Shown here in pieces: positions 10,290-19,729 of a stretch of DNA of 64,000 nt; positions within the stretch are counted from its first letter, which is position 1, and every line of letters begins with the position of its first letter. Below the pieces are notes generated by a model. That model did no database searches and was not told the DNA's origin. It was given only the letters and a program-made list of their open reading frames with translations. The stretch lies in the NCBI GenBank assembly GCA_963708095.1, contig OY970182.1, forward strand, positions 2,355,345-2,419,344, given 5' to 3'. This DNA comes from an uncultured Pseudomonadota bacterium. GTDB taxonomy: Bacteria; Pseudomonadota; Alphaproteobacteria; Acetobacterales; Acetobacteraceae. The translations under genes were made by a program, and so were the position numbers.

Positions 10290-10791
10290 GGACACGCTCC
10301 TTCCCGGCCATGTCCTTGTCGGCGGGTGCGAGGTCTTCGTCGGCATCATCGCCGGTGCCTGCCGGTGTGCCGTCACGGCCGTAGTGTTCAGGGGTGATCT
10401 CCCGGCTGATCTCGCGGACCAGGGAGTCGCCGCGCTGAAGTCGCCGGCCGAGGGTCTCGATGAAGCCCTGGTAGCGGCTGGCGCCCTGCGCCTTCGCTGC
10501 GTCCTGCTGGGCCGCCGGGATCGGCGGCGAGGCTGACAACCAGAAGCGCACGAAGAGGGCCTGCACCTCGATGGCGATGATCAGATCGCGCTCGATTCGC
10601 TCCATCTGCCGCGACAGCCGGTCGAGGCGGCGGACGAAGGCGGCTTCGCGACGATCCAGCGCGTCGGGCGAGAGGAAGGAGGTGACGGCGGCCTCGACCA
10701 GCTGCGAGCGATGCACGCCCTGGCGCAGCGCGAAAGCGGTGAGCTGATCGGCGAGCTTGGGATCGAAGTAGCAGTTCAGCCGGCTTTTCAT
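10276..10791 (-). CDS. CopG/ribbon-helix-helix family regulator between traG and trbB
   Basis: The N-terminus MKSRLNCYFDPKLADQLTAFALRQGVHRSQLVEAAV is RHH-like. The position is conserved in Trb-type ICEs. Confidence 0.7.
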   Translation of the reverse strand: MKSRLNCYFDPKLADQLTAFALRQGVHRSQLVEAAVTSFLSPDALDRREAAFVRRLDRLSRQMERIERDLIIAIEVQALFVRFWLSASPPIPAAQQDAAKAQGASRYQGFIETLGRRLQRGDSLVREISREITPEHYGRDGTPAGTGDDADEDLAPADKDMAGKERVHAGL

Positions 10792-10794
10792 CGG

Positions 10795-12804
10795 CTACAT
10801 CTCCATCGCCATGCCGTCGCCCCGGTCAATCGCGGCGTTGCGCACGGTCTGCCGTTGCAGCGCCGCCATGGCGCGCTGGCGCTGCGGCTCGTCGTCGGGC
10901 TCGTCCTCCAGGATCGCGAACTCGCCGGCCGGCTCGCGGACCGGCGCGATGGCTTCGTGCTCCGGTAGTTCCGGCTCCTGGCGAATGCCCCCATTGGCGG
11001 GGTCCGGGACCGCCGCTTCGGCAGTGTCCGCAGCCTGGGCGCCGATCGGTGCCGCGCCGGTCCAGTCGTCGTGTCGGGCCGGTGGGGAATCCGGGTAGCC
11101 GCGCTCCGACAGCGTCGGCGCCGGCAGCACCCGGTCCCGGAATGCCGGCTCCTCGTAGTAGCGCAGCTTCTTGGCCCGGATTGGCGGCAGGCCGGCGACC
11201 ATGACGATCTCGTCGGTCGGCGGCAGCTGCATGACCTCGCCCGGGGTCAGCAGCGGGCGGGCGGTCTCCTGGCGGCTGACCATCAGGTGCGACAACCACG
11301 GCGCGAGCCGGTGGCCGGCGTAGTTCTTCATGGCCCGGAGTTCGGTCGCGGTGCCGAGCGCATCCGAGATGCGCTTGGCCGTCCGTTCGTCGTTGGTCGC
11401 GAAGCAGACCCGGACATGGCAGTTGTCCAGGATCGCATCGTGCTCGCCATAGGCCTTCTGGATCTGGTTGAGCGACTGCGCGATCAGGAAGGCGCGGATG
11501 CCGTAGCCGGCCATGAAGGCCAGTGCGGATTCGAAGAAATCCAGCCGGCCCAGGGCCGGGAACTCGTCGAGCATCATCAGCAGTCGCGATGAACCACGAT
11601 CCGCCGCCCGGCGCGCGGGATCGTCCAGCGTCTCGGTCAGCCATCGGCCGATCTGGTTGAGCACCAGGCGGATCAGCGGCTTCGTGCGCGAAATGTCCGA
11701 TGGCGGCACGACGAGGTAGAGCGAGGCGGGCCGCCCGGCCGCGACCAGATCGGCGATCCGCCAGTCGGAATGGGACGTGACCTTCGCAATCACCGGATCG
11801 CGGTAGAGGCCGAGAAATGACATCGCCGTGCTGAGCACGCCGGAGCGCTCGTTCTCCGACTTGTTGAGCAGCTCGCGTGCCGACTGCGCGACGACGGGAT
11901 GGACACCACGCGCGCCGAGATGCGGCGTGGTCATCATCGCCCGCAAGGTCCGCTCGATCGGGCGCGCCGGGTCAGAGAGAAAAGACGCGACGCCGGCCAG
12001 CGTCTTGTCCGGCTCGGCGTAGAGCACATGCAGGATGGCACCGACCAGGAGCGAGTGGCTGGTCTTCTCCCAGTGGTTCCGGCGTTCCAGCGCGCCCTCG
12101 GGATCGACCAGCACGTCGGCGATGTTCTGGACGTCGCGCACTTCCCATTCGCCGCGGCGGACCTCCAGCAGCGGATTGTAGGCGGCGGAGCGCGGGTTGG
12201 TCGGGTCGAACAGCAGGCAGTGGCTGAACTGCGCGCGCCAGCCGGCGGTCAGGGTCCAGTTCTCGCCCTTGATGTCGTGAACGATGACGCTGCCGGTCCA
12301 TGAGAGCAGGGTGGGCACGACCAGGCCGACGCCCTTGCCCGAGCGCGTCGGGGCGAAGCAGAGCACGTGCTCCGGGCCGTCATGGCGAAGGGCGCGCGCG
12401 CCGAGCCGGCCAAGCTGCACGCCGACGTTACCGAACAGGCCCGCCGCCGCGATGTCGTGGCGCGTCGCCCAATGCGCTGAGCCATAGGTGGTGACGTGGC
12501 GCGCCTGGCGTGCGCGGAGCACCGAGGCCACGATGGCAAGGAGCGCCGCGCCCAGGCCTCCGGCGGACGCGATCACGGCGCCTTTGGCGAAAACGCCAGG
12601 GGCGTAGGCGTCGAAATGGTACCACCACGCGAAGAAGAGCTGCGGCGGATAGACCGGCGCCGCGCCAATTCGGACCCAGGGCAAACCGAGCGCCGGCTGG
12701 AAGCCGAGCCGCCAGGCGGTCCATTCCGTAGCGGTCCAGCAGCCCAGCAGCACCATGGCGAGTGCGCCCAGCATCTGGCCCCAGAGAATCTTCGTCCCGG
12801 TCAT
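10795..12804 (-). CDS. traG: Type IV coupling protein TraG/VirD4
   Basis: 669 aa with N-terminal TM helices, Walker A FAPTRSGKGVGLVVPT and Walker B LLMMLDEFP. Confidence 0.95.
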   Translation of the reverse strand: MTGTKILWGQMLGALAMVLLGCWTATEWTAWRLGFQPALGLPWVRIGAAPVYPPQLFFAWWYHFDAYAPGVFAKGAVIASAGGLGAALLAIVASVLRARQARHVTTYGSAHWATRHDIAAAGLFGNVGVQLGRLGARALRHDGPEHVLCFAPTRSGKGVGLVVPTLLSWTGSVIVHDIKGENWTLTAGWRAQFSHCLLFDPTNPRSAAYNPLLEVRRGEWEVRDVQNIADVLVDPEGALERRNHWEKTSHSLLVGAILHVLYAEPDKTLAGVASFLSDPARPIERTLRAMMTTPHLGARGVHPVVAQSARELLNKSENERSGVLSTAMSFLGLYRDPVIAKVTSHSDWRIADLVAAGRPASLYLVVPPSDISRTKPLIRLVLNQIGRWLTETLDDPARRAADRGSSRLLMMLDEFPALGRLDFFESALAFMAGYGIRAFLIAQSLNQIQKAYGEHDAILDNCHVRVCFATNDERTAKRISDALGTATELRAMKNYAGHRLAPWLSHLMVSRQETARPLLTPGEVMQLPPTDEIVMVAGLPPIRAKKLRYYEEPAFRDRVLPAPTLSERGYPDSPPARHDDWTGAAPIGAQAADTAEAAVPDPANGGIRQEPELPEHEAIAPVREPAGEFAILEDEPDDEPQRQRAMAALQRQTVRNAAIDRGDGMAMEM

Positions 12805-12943
12805 CGACCCCGCTCATGGATGCGAACGGGGCACAGATAGAAAGACGGAAACCCCGCCGCGCAACAGCAAAGAACGGCGATCGTAGGGGATCGAAGAAAT
12901 AGAAACGGATGGCGGGTTGCGCCCTTCGTTCGAGGCCTCGGGC

Positions 12944-13330
12944 TCAGATCGCCTGGATCGGTCCTGGATATCGCGCGAGGTTGGCGTCCGCGGTGAGCAG
13001 CATGATGCCTTCGACCAGCGCCTGCGCGATCAGCATGCGGTCGAACGGGTCCTTGTGCAGCGGCGGCAGGAGGTCGAGCGCGACGGCGTGCGCACTGGTG
13101 ACAGGGAGCTCGGCATAGCCGTTATCGAGCAGGCCGCGCCGCAGCAACCGCGCATCCGCACGGAAATCCTCTCGTCCCAGCTGCTGCTTGATCGCCACCT
13201 CCCAGAGACTGGCGGCGCTGAACACCAATTCGTTCGCTTCATCCTCAAGCAGTGCCCGCGCGGCGCGCGGCAGCCGCCGCGGGGTGCCCGCCGCCCACAG
13301 CAGCACATGGGTATCGAGCAGCAGTTTCAT
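12944..13330 (-). CDS. vapC: PIN-domain toxin (VapC family)
   Basis: MKLLLDTHVLLWAAG...ASLWEVAIK...DPFDRMLIAQA shows the classic PIN acidic residues. Confidence 0.85.
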   Translation of the reverse strand: MKLLLDTHVLLWAAGTPRRLPRAARALLEDEANELVFSAASLWEVAIKQQLGREDFRADARLLRRGLLDNGYAELPVTSAHAVALDLLPPLHKDPFDRMLIAQALVEGIMLLTADANLARYPGPIQAI

Positions 13331-13340
13331 GCCGACGCGC

Positions 13341-13583
13341 TCAGCCGGCCTCAGTCCCGAACAGGCGCGCGATTTCCTCGGCGCCCATGGTATCGAAATC
13401 CTCCGGAACGGCGATCTGGCCCTTGAGGAAGCCGAGGCGGCGCGGGCGCGCCGAGGCCTCGAGCGCCGTGAGCTTCACCAGTGGCTTGCCAGCCTTGGCG
13501 ATGATCACCTGTTCTCCCTGCGCGGCCTGCTCGATCAGGCGGGACAGATGGGTCTTGGCGTCGTGGATGTTGACGGTGGACAT
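13341..13583 (-). CDS. Phd/YefM-type antitoxin
   Basis: MSTVNIHDAKTHLSRLIEQAAQGEQVIIAKAGKPLVKL. Lies 10 nt upstream of the PIN gene. Confidence 0.85.
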   Translation of the reverse strand: MSTVNIHDAKTHLSRLIEQAAQGEQVIIAKAGKPLVKLTALEASARPRRLGFLKGQIAVPEDFDTMGAEEIARLFGTEAG

Positions 13584-13597
13584 CGGTTGCCTCGAGC

Positions 13598-13622
13598 GGA
13601 CTTAGTCTAGTTAGACTAGTCC
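13598..13622. promoter_or_regulatory. Palindromic candidate operator of the Phd-VapC promoter
   Basis: GGAC-T-TAGTCTA-GT-TAGACTA-GTCC lies 15 nt upstream of the antitoxin start. TA antitoxins typically autoregulate through such palindromes. Confidence 0.4.
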
Positions 13623-14052
13623 ATAGATCGGGCCTGCGCAACCTAGTGACAAAACTCTGACGCTTGGTGCCGGCAGTAAGCGGCCGGAGTCGACCCGGGT
13701 CGGACACCTGTGCGCCGAGCGAGCGATCCCGCAAGCGGCCATTCGCCATCGCCAGAAGACGACGGCGCTGCGTTGGACACGGACGAACGACTGATGGGCA
13801 ACCTGACCCCAGTCGGGGTGAGCGGCAGCGCCGGTACGCAGATGATCGTGGACACTATCCGGTTAGTCGCATGGATCTGGACGCTCTGCCGGAAATACTG
13901 GTCAGCTGGGCTGAGGCGATCTCATATCTGGGTTGCGAGAAATGCGGCGGCGTTTGTCTTGCGCTTGTCACGGGGACGTGCAACGTATGTCCCCGTGACC
14001 CGCAGTGAGGCGCAGCAACGCCTCATCCAACAACTCCAACCAGGAGCCTTAC

Positions 14053-14514
14053 ATGGAAGAGCGTACAGCAAAACGCATGCTGGCAAAAGCCCGGCGTGCA
14101 GCCTCGGTGATCCACCGGGGAGACGAAATCCTCGAATGCGTCGAGGACGAGAAGGACCTGCTGATCGAGGGTGCCGACGAGGGCGTGCCCCCGGTGTCAA
14201 AAATCGGCCGCATCCTAGAGGATCGGTTCGGCGACGACGTGAAGCACCTGCCGGTTCGCCAGTGGGTCGGCTCGCTCGTCAGGGCCCTGCTCGCCGTCGA
14301 GGGGTACGATGTGGAAGAGCGTGGGGTTCGGTTCAGGGACCCGGTTTTTAAGTCCGGGTCGACCTACCGTCGCGTCGACGAGGACAGCGACCCCGACAAC
14401 GACGACATGTACGACGACAGCGCCCTCGAGGAGACTTTCGGTCGTCTCATCGAGGGGCTGACCACCCGTGAGCAGCGGATACTGCTCAAAGTGCTCGAGA
14501 ACGAGCTCGCGTAA
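14053..14514 (+). CDS. Hypothetical acidic protein (orphan cargo)
   Basis: AGGAG sits 7 nt before the ATG. The region is visibly lower in GC and is followed by a strong terminator. No family recognised. Confidence 0.5.
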   Translation: MEERTAKRMLAKARRAASVIHRGDEILECVEDEKDLLIEGADEGVPPVSKIGRILEDRFGDDVKHLPVRQWVGSLVRALLAVEGYDVEERGVRFRDPVFKSGSTYRRVDEDSDPDNDDMYDDSALEETFGRLIEGLTTREQRILLKVLENELA

Positions 14515-14560
14515 CCGAAGAAGCTGACGGTCCCGCGGGTCGCACGTCAGCGGGCTGGAA

Positions 14561-14585
14561 GGGGGCGGAAACGCCCCCTTTTTTT
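14561..14585 (+). terminator. Rho-independent terminator
   Basis: GGGGGCG-GAAA-CGCCCCC followed by seven T residues. Confidence 0.75.
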
Positions 14586-14778
14586 GCCTATACCGCCGGG
14601 TTCTTTACCGTCCACCTGATAAGGCCAGCTTTAAATAAGCCCCGAAGAGGCCCCCCGATGGCCGGCGAAGAACTGTTACTGCCTCGGCAGCCCTGAAGGT
14701 CAGCGTTTACGTAACCGGCCAGAACTGGCCGCGCGCCGTCTAACTTTGCGCCGAGGTCACTGGGTCTTTAGTTGGGCA

Positions 14779-16824
14779 TCAGATGCCAAAGCCCCGGTCG
14801 CGGCCGATCTGCCAGGAAATCCCGCCGTCGGTGACGACCCCGACGACGTCGCGGGCAACGGTTCGCTCGATCACCGGTCGCCAGGGGACCAGGGTGAATT
14901 CCTGGGCATTCTCGACGAGGGCGTAGCGACCGGAGGCGAGCTGGATAGCCTCGCGGTAGGTGCCGCGGATCGTGTCGCCGGGCGCCGGCATCCGGAATGG
15001 CACGGCGCGCGTCGCCGCCAGTTCGCCGCCGGCTCGCGCGAGTTCGCGGCGCTCCAGCGTCGCGAGCAGGTCCCGGTGATACCGCACGCCCCCGTCCGCG
15101 CCCCGACGCGCATCGCCGTGGCTGAGGTGATGCTGGCGGCGGCGCTCAAGGGCGACTTCGACCTCCAACCCGAACGCGCCTTGCGCGAGCGGCACCGGGT
15201 CGCGGGCCAGAAGTTGGCGATCGAGCCAGGTCGCCCCGTCGCTGCGGATCTGGGCTTCCAGGTCGAGCGCGGAGAGTACGCGCACACGGGGCGTCTGGCT
15301 GCGGCCCGTGTCGTGGCGGGCAGCTCGCTGTTCGAGATCCGGCGGGACGCGCCAATGGTCGGCGTCGAGCCGCTGGACCACGTCAGCGCGGCGCAGCGCC
15401 TCCAGGCGGCGGACATGCGCTTCGACATAGGCCTCCGCATCGGCGATGCCGGGATCGGCGCGCGCGGTGGCGAGGTGGTCCGCGGGCCGATAGATGCCGG
15501 CGGTCCTGTGCGCCAGGTCGGCGATGTTCCGGTCCGCGGCGCGCGGCGCTCCGCGTTCTGCGCCAAGCTCCACGATGGCCCCGATCGGCGGGTTGGTGGC
15601 ATCCGCGCCGGCGGCGGGGACCTCGACGTAGTGGACCCGCCCGTCGAGGCCATCGACGATCAGATGGACCCTATCGCCCAGTTCGTCGCCGCCAAGCCCC
15701 CGCCCCAGCAGCCGCCCAGTGATCGGTGCGGCGAGCGGCTCGCGGAGGTCGTGGATCGCGAACTGCTCGGCGCCGCGTTCCGCACCATGGCGGGTCAACG
15801 CATGGTGCATGGTCTTGATGATGTCCCCGCGTTCCCCGAGGGCGCGCAGCGTCTCCTCCATGCCGGGAACCAGACGCCAGCGGCCGGTGGCGATCTCCTC
15901 GGCCAATTCCAGCCGCTCCAGGGCTTGCAGCCGGCCGATCCGTAGCTGCCAGTCGAAGTCGGAGCGCGGCTCCCCGACGACGGTGCGGAGGTCGATCACG
16001 CCACCCACCGCCTCACCGGCCTCGCGCAGCAGCGCCCGATCGATCCGGGTCAGCCGTTTCTGGTCGATCTCGCGCACGAGCTTCACCTGTCGTTCCATCG
16101 TGCTTTCCGGGCCGAGCTCGATGGTGACCAGCTCCGAGGCGCGCTCCCGGATGCCGTGGGCCAGATAGGCCCCGGCGATCACCAGATTCTCGCCGGCCTC
16201 ATCGACGCCGCGGATGACGATGTGGGTGTGCGGGTGTGCGGTGTTGAAGTGATCGACTGCGACCCAGTCGAGTCCGGTTCCGAGATCGCGCTCGACCTGC
16301 CGCATCAGATCACGGGTGAAGGCGCGGAGGTCGGAGAGCTCCGCGCCGTCCTCCGCGGCAACGATCAGCCGGAACTGACGCGGGTCGCCCTCTGAGCGGT
16401 CGAGGAAGGCGCGGCCATCGGCCCGGTCGGCCGTGGCGGAGTAGAGCTGGCCGGGTGAGCCCTCTCGGGTGACGCCGTCACGCTGGAGGTAGCGCAGATG
16501 CACCGCCGCCGCGCGGCTCGCGGCGCGCATCTTCACGTAGCGCGCCTTGACGACGACTCGGCGCGCGCCTGGCTGCACCTGCGACCAGCCCCGTGGTGAG
16601 GCTGCCCGGCCGCGCGCGAACGCTGCGCCCCTGCCGCGCTTGGCTGGCAGATCGGCGAGGCTCCGCATGCCCGCAGGTGGCCCACCAGCTGATGATCGCG
16701 CGAGAGGGCCGGCACGAGAAATCGCGCGCTTGATCTGCGTTGCCGCCAGCACCCGCCCATGATCCCGGCTACGCGTGCGGCCGAGGCGTGGACGAAGGCG
16801 CGGGTCATCGTCAGTGCGAGCCAT
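14779..16824 (-). CDS. Conjugative relaxase (VirD2/MOBP-like nuclease domain plus DUF3363-like C-terminal region)
   Basis: Start at MARTDDDPRLRPRLGR. Histidine triad HFNTAHPHTHIVIRG. The long C-terminal region is common in ICE relaxases of this type. Confidence 0.9.
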   Translation of the reverse strand: MARTDDDPRLRPRLGRTRSRDHGRVLAATQIKRAISRAGPLARSSAGGPPAGMRSLADLPAKRGRGAAFARGRAASPRGWSQVQPGARRVVVKARYVKMRAASRAAAVHLRYLQRDGVTREGSPGQLYSATADRADGRAFLDRSEGDPRQFRLIVAAEDGAELSDLRAFTRDLMRQVERDLGTGLDWVAVDHFNTAHPHTHIVIRGVDEAGENLVIAGAYLAHGIRERASELVTIELGPESTMERQVKLVREIDQKRLTRIDRALLREAGEAVGGVIDLRTVVGEPRSDFDWQLRIGRLQALERLELAEEIATGRWRLVPGMEETLRALGERGDIIKTMHHALTRHGAERGAEQFAIHDLREPLAAPITGRLLGRGLGGDELGDRVHLIVDGLDGRVHYVEVPAAGADATNPPIGAIVELGAERGAPRAADRNIADLAHRTAGIYRPADHLATARADPGIADAEAYVEAHVRRLEALRRADVVQRLDADHWRVPPDLEQRAARHDTGRSQTPRVRVLSALDLEAQIRSDGATWLDRQLLARDPVPLAQGAFGLEVEVALERRRQHHLSHGDARRGADGGVRYHRDLLATLERRELARAGGELAATRAVPFRMPAPGDTIRGTYREAIQLASGRYALVENAQEFTLVPWRPVIERTVARDVVGVVTDGGISWQIGRDRGFGI

Positions 16825-17288
16825 ACTCCGAGATTGACGGCAGAGCTGCCACTCGCGAAGGAGCCTTGGTGGCACTGCGAAAATGCGCCGATGAAGGCGG
16901 CCTTGAGACGGGGTTGCCGTGCGTCGTTGCGACTCCGCGGCACGGCCTCCACGGTCGATAACCCAATGTGCAGACACTGAAATCGCGACCAATCGCGCGG
17001 AGTGGTGCCGCAGGCCTTTATCTTGCCGTCCCTTCTAATCGGAACTTTCGTCTCTCTCCGGTCGTCTTTCTCGAAGCGCAGATCAACAGAAATCGCCGCA
17101 AGCAATACGATGCGCTGCGATCTCGCACGGCGGGCCACGATAGTCGGATGGATCGACGCCGCCATGCGAATTGACGGTGCGATCAGCTGCGGACCAGGTG
17201 CAGCGCATGTGCAGTTCGACAGCCGGATCTCGCGCCAGGCCGCGACATCGACAGAAGCGGTCGTCAGATCATCCGCGGTGTGCCGGCG

Positions 17289-18137
17289 TCATTGGAGGGC
17301 GACGAACAGCGCACCATGTCCGCGCACATCGAGGGCAGAACCGGAGACGGATCGCGGCACAAGTCCGGCCGCAGCCGAACGGCCCGTGACCACCGCCGGC
17401 GCAGACATCGGCGCCCGGCTTGGTCTCACGATCGGCGGAACCGTGCGCGCCGGATAGGCCTCGGGATGCACAACGACGGTCGCGAAGAGGCCGGCGCTGA
17501 TGGCGTCGCTCGGGCCCGGGACCGGCGGCTCCGGAGGAGACTTCGTGCTCAATCCCGTCGTCGCGACTGCCGCCTGCAACGCACCCGACATGCCGCCGAT
17601 CTGCGGCGCGAGTGCGGCGAGGTAGCGCTGTGTCTCGGCCGGCAGCGCGCGGCCGGTGCGCAGGAACGCATCGAGCCGCGCCGGCCCGGCGTTGTAGGCA
17701 GCGAGGAACCAGGGCACGCCGTAGCGGTCCAGCAACTCGCGCAAATACGCCGCGCCGGCGAGGATGTTGTCGCGCGGCGCATACGGATTGGCCCCCAGCC
17801 CGTAGCGGGCACGCAGCGCGGCGTAGGTCTGCGGCATCACCTGCATCAGGCCCATCGCGCCTGCTGGTGAGCGGATTGGCTCGCCGTCCATGGTCGCCTG
17901 GCCGCCGCTCTCCGCGCGCATCACGGCGGCAATCCATGCTTCGGGAATGTCGAAGCGGTGCGCCGCCGCGGCGATGTCGGGCTGCCAAACGGCGACCGCT
18001 TCGTGTCCGTGGCCGCGCAATAGGGGTGCCGCACTTGCGCACACCGGCGCGCCGCTGAGCGGTACGAACAGCGCCGCGCGGGCCGCAAGACCGCAGGTCG
18101 CGACCAGGGTCAGCACGTCCATCGTGAACCCCTCCAT
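17289..18137 (-). CDS. Lytic transglycosylase (SLT domain)
   Basis: AVMRAESGGQ...GAMGLMQVMP...AAYNAG. Start uncertain (18137 or 18122; the track start 18212 is less likely). Confidence 0.85.
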   Translation of the reverse strand: MEGFTMDVLTLVATCGLAARAALFVPLSGAPVCASAAPLLRGHGHEAVAVWQPDIAAAAHRFDIPEAWIAAVMRAESGGQATMDGEPIRSPAGAMGLMQVMPQTYAALRARYGLGANPYAPRDNILAGAAYLRELLDRYGVPWFLAAYNAGPARLDAFLRTGRALPAETQRYLAALAPQIGGMSGALQAAVATTGLSTKSPPEPPVPGPSDAISAGLFATVVVHPEAYPARTVPPIVRPSRAPMSAPAVVTGRSAAAGLVPRSVSGSALDVRGHGALFVALQ

Positions 18138-18339
18138 GAGCCAAAGCGCTGCCACGCCGCCGACAGGTGAAGCGCTGCCAGCGTGCTCGCTTCGGTCAAG
18201 GGTAAAGCGCACCAGGGCGCGCCGGCTTCGCCGCCCTTGACCTTCGCTGCGCGCGCCGGCGATGCGGAAACTGGCCGGGACGGCAGGATGGCCGTCCCTG
18301 GGCCGAACAACAGGATGGCGGGGAAGATGCGCGGCACGG

Positions 18340-18879
18340 TCATCGTGTCCGCCCGCCGGGAAGCCAGAGCGGCGTGACGCGGCCGATGACGGCGCGGATC
18401 GGCGTCGGCCCGAAATACCGCCCGTCGAGCGAGGTCGGCACGCTGGGGATCAGCACGAAAATCTCGCCGTTCGGGAGCCTGCCGCAGCCGCTCCATGCGG
18501 CCAGGCTGCGTCCGCGTCCGTCCACCGGCAGGGCGCGGGCGACGGTGCGGCCATTGATCGAAACCGCGCCGTCGCGCTCGCACACGGTCTGTCCGGCAAC
18601 GGCGGCAACGCGCTTCAGCAGCGGCACGCCGCGCGGCAGATAGCCGCGCCCGGCGAACAGCCTGGCGCTACGCCGGTCGGGCCAGAACAGCACGTAATCG
18701 CCGACGCGGAGGTGCTTCCGGCTCGCGGCTGGCAGCACGCGCCAAAGGCCGACCGGCGTGCTGGCCGTGGCGTTCCAGACCACCAGCGGCCGTGCCTGCA
18801 CGGCTGACGCTGCGAGCAAGAGCAGGCCCGCGAGCATGGCGACGAGCACGGCATGCCAATTCCGCCGATTCCGCTTCAC
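18340..18879 (-). CDS. traF: S26-family conjugative signal peptidase (TraF-like)
   Basis: GTG start overlaps the upstream stop (GTGA at 18876-18879). 179 aa with a TM anchor and a peptidase body (VGDYVLF...LLKRVAAVAGQTVC...GEIFVL...SLDGRYFG). The 411-aa track ORF is an over-extension. Confidence 0.85.
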   Translation of the reverse strand: MKRNRRNWHAVLVAMLAGLLLLAASAVQARPLVVWNATASTPVGLWRVLPAASRKHLRVGDYVLFWPDRRSARLFAGRGYLPRGVPLLKRVAAVAGQTVCERDGAVSINGRTVARALPVDGRGRSLAAWSGCGRLPNGEIFVLIPSVPTSLDGRYFGPTPIRAVIGRVTPLWLPGGRTR

Positions 18880-19334
18880 GACGCCATCACCCGGCGCCGC
18901 AGTAGCCAGGCGCGATGCTGATCGCGGGCATAGGGCCGCGGCTGCTCGCCGCAGAGCAGGCGGTTGTGCACGTGCTGCCAGTAGGCCGGCGCGACATCCG
19001 CCGCCTCGACGCCGGCCTGCTCGACCGCGTCGATCAGCGCGAGCAATCGCTGCACACGCGCCCAGCCTGAGAGCCGCAGCAGGATCTCGCCGCCTGGATG
19101 CACGCCGGGCACCGTCGCGCAGGGCTCCCCCGCCCCGCAGGCGCAAAGGATGTCGATGCGCGACACGATGGTCCCGAAGTCGTTCGCCTGCCAGCGAACG
19201 AAGGCGAAGACCGCGCCGGGGGCGAAGAAGATCAGGCGCCGGCGGCGATCGAGAATGCGCTCGCCGGCATCGCGACCGAAGCGCAGCCAGTGTTCGACCC
19301 GATCCCGATAGAACACCAGCCTGACGCTGGTCAT
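18876..19334 (-). CDS. DUF2840-like protein
   Basis: MTSVRLVFYRDRVEHWLRFG... The position upstream of traF is typical for this ICE family. Confidence 0.65.
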   Translation of the reverse strand: MTSVRLVFYRDRVEHWLRFGRDAGERILDRRRRLIFFAPGAVFAFVRWQANDFGTIVSRIDILCACGAGEPCATVPGVHPGGEILLRLSGWARVQRLLALIDAVEQAGVEAADVAPAYWQHVHNRLLCGEQPRPYARDQHRAWLLRRRVMAS

Positions 19335-19400
19335 AGGCTCCTGCGCGCTCACCGCTCGCCTCCCAGGCCATCCCGGTGTGGTCGCCCCGACACCCGCTCC

Positions 19401-19428
19401 GCGTCCTTCCCGACGGCGGGAAGGACGC
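19401..19428. other. Perfect 12-bp stem / 4-nt loop hairpin
   Basis: GCGTCCTTCCCG-ACGG-CGGGAAGGACGC lies between repA and the DUF2840 gene. No T-tract follows. Confidence 0.4.
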
Positions 19429-19666
19429 ACGAACCGTGAAGCCATCCCTCTCTCGATGCGCCTTCCTTCTGCTGTCCGAGGCACCGAACGGCCGGCGGGA
19501 GACGCCTCGCCCGCCGGCGTGCGGAGTGGCGTGACACCCTGGGGTTCTGAGGGTGCGAAGGCCTAACAAAAACAAGAAAGATTCCAGTACTGAGAATCAG
19601 GTACTAAAGTAGGGCGCTCCGAATCTGTGATAACACATTGAACAGAAACACAAAAAAATCGCCCTC

Positions 19667-19725
19667 TGCGTGTGAAGGGCCGTGGTTTTGCGTGTGTTCG
19701 GCCGCGGGGGTGCGTGTGATAGGCT
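19667..19725. repeat. Three iteron-like direct repeats with 22-bp phasing
   Basis: TGCGTGTGnnnGGC starts at 19667, 19689 and 19711. The repeats are next to an A-rich tract (19641-19660) and immediately 3' of repA. Confidence 0.45.
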
Positions 19726-19729
19726 GCGC

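Noticed and set aside
18880-19575. N-terminal 232 codons of the 411-aa track ORF that contains the S26 peptidase.
   Set aside because: The peptidase starts at the GTG at 18879, coupled to the upstream stop. The upstream part is off-frame relative to the DUF2840 gene and is low-complexity.
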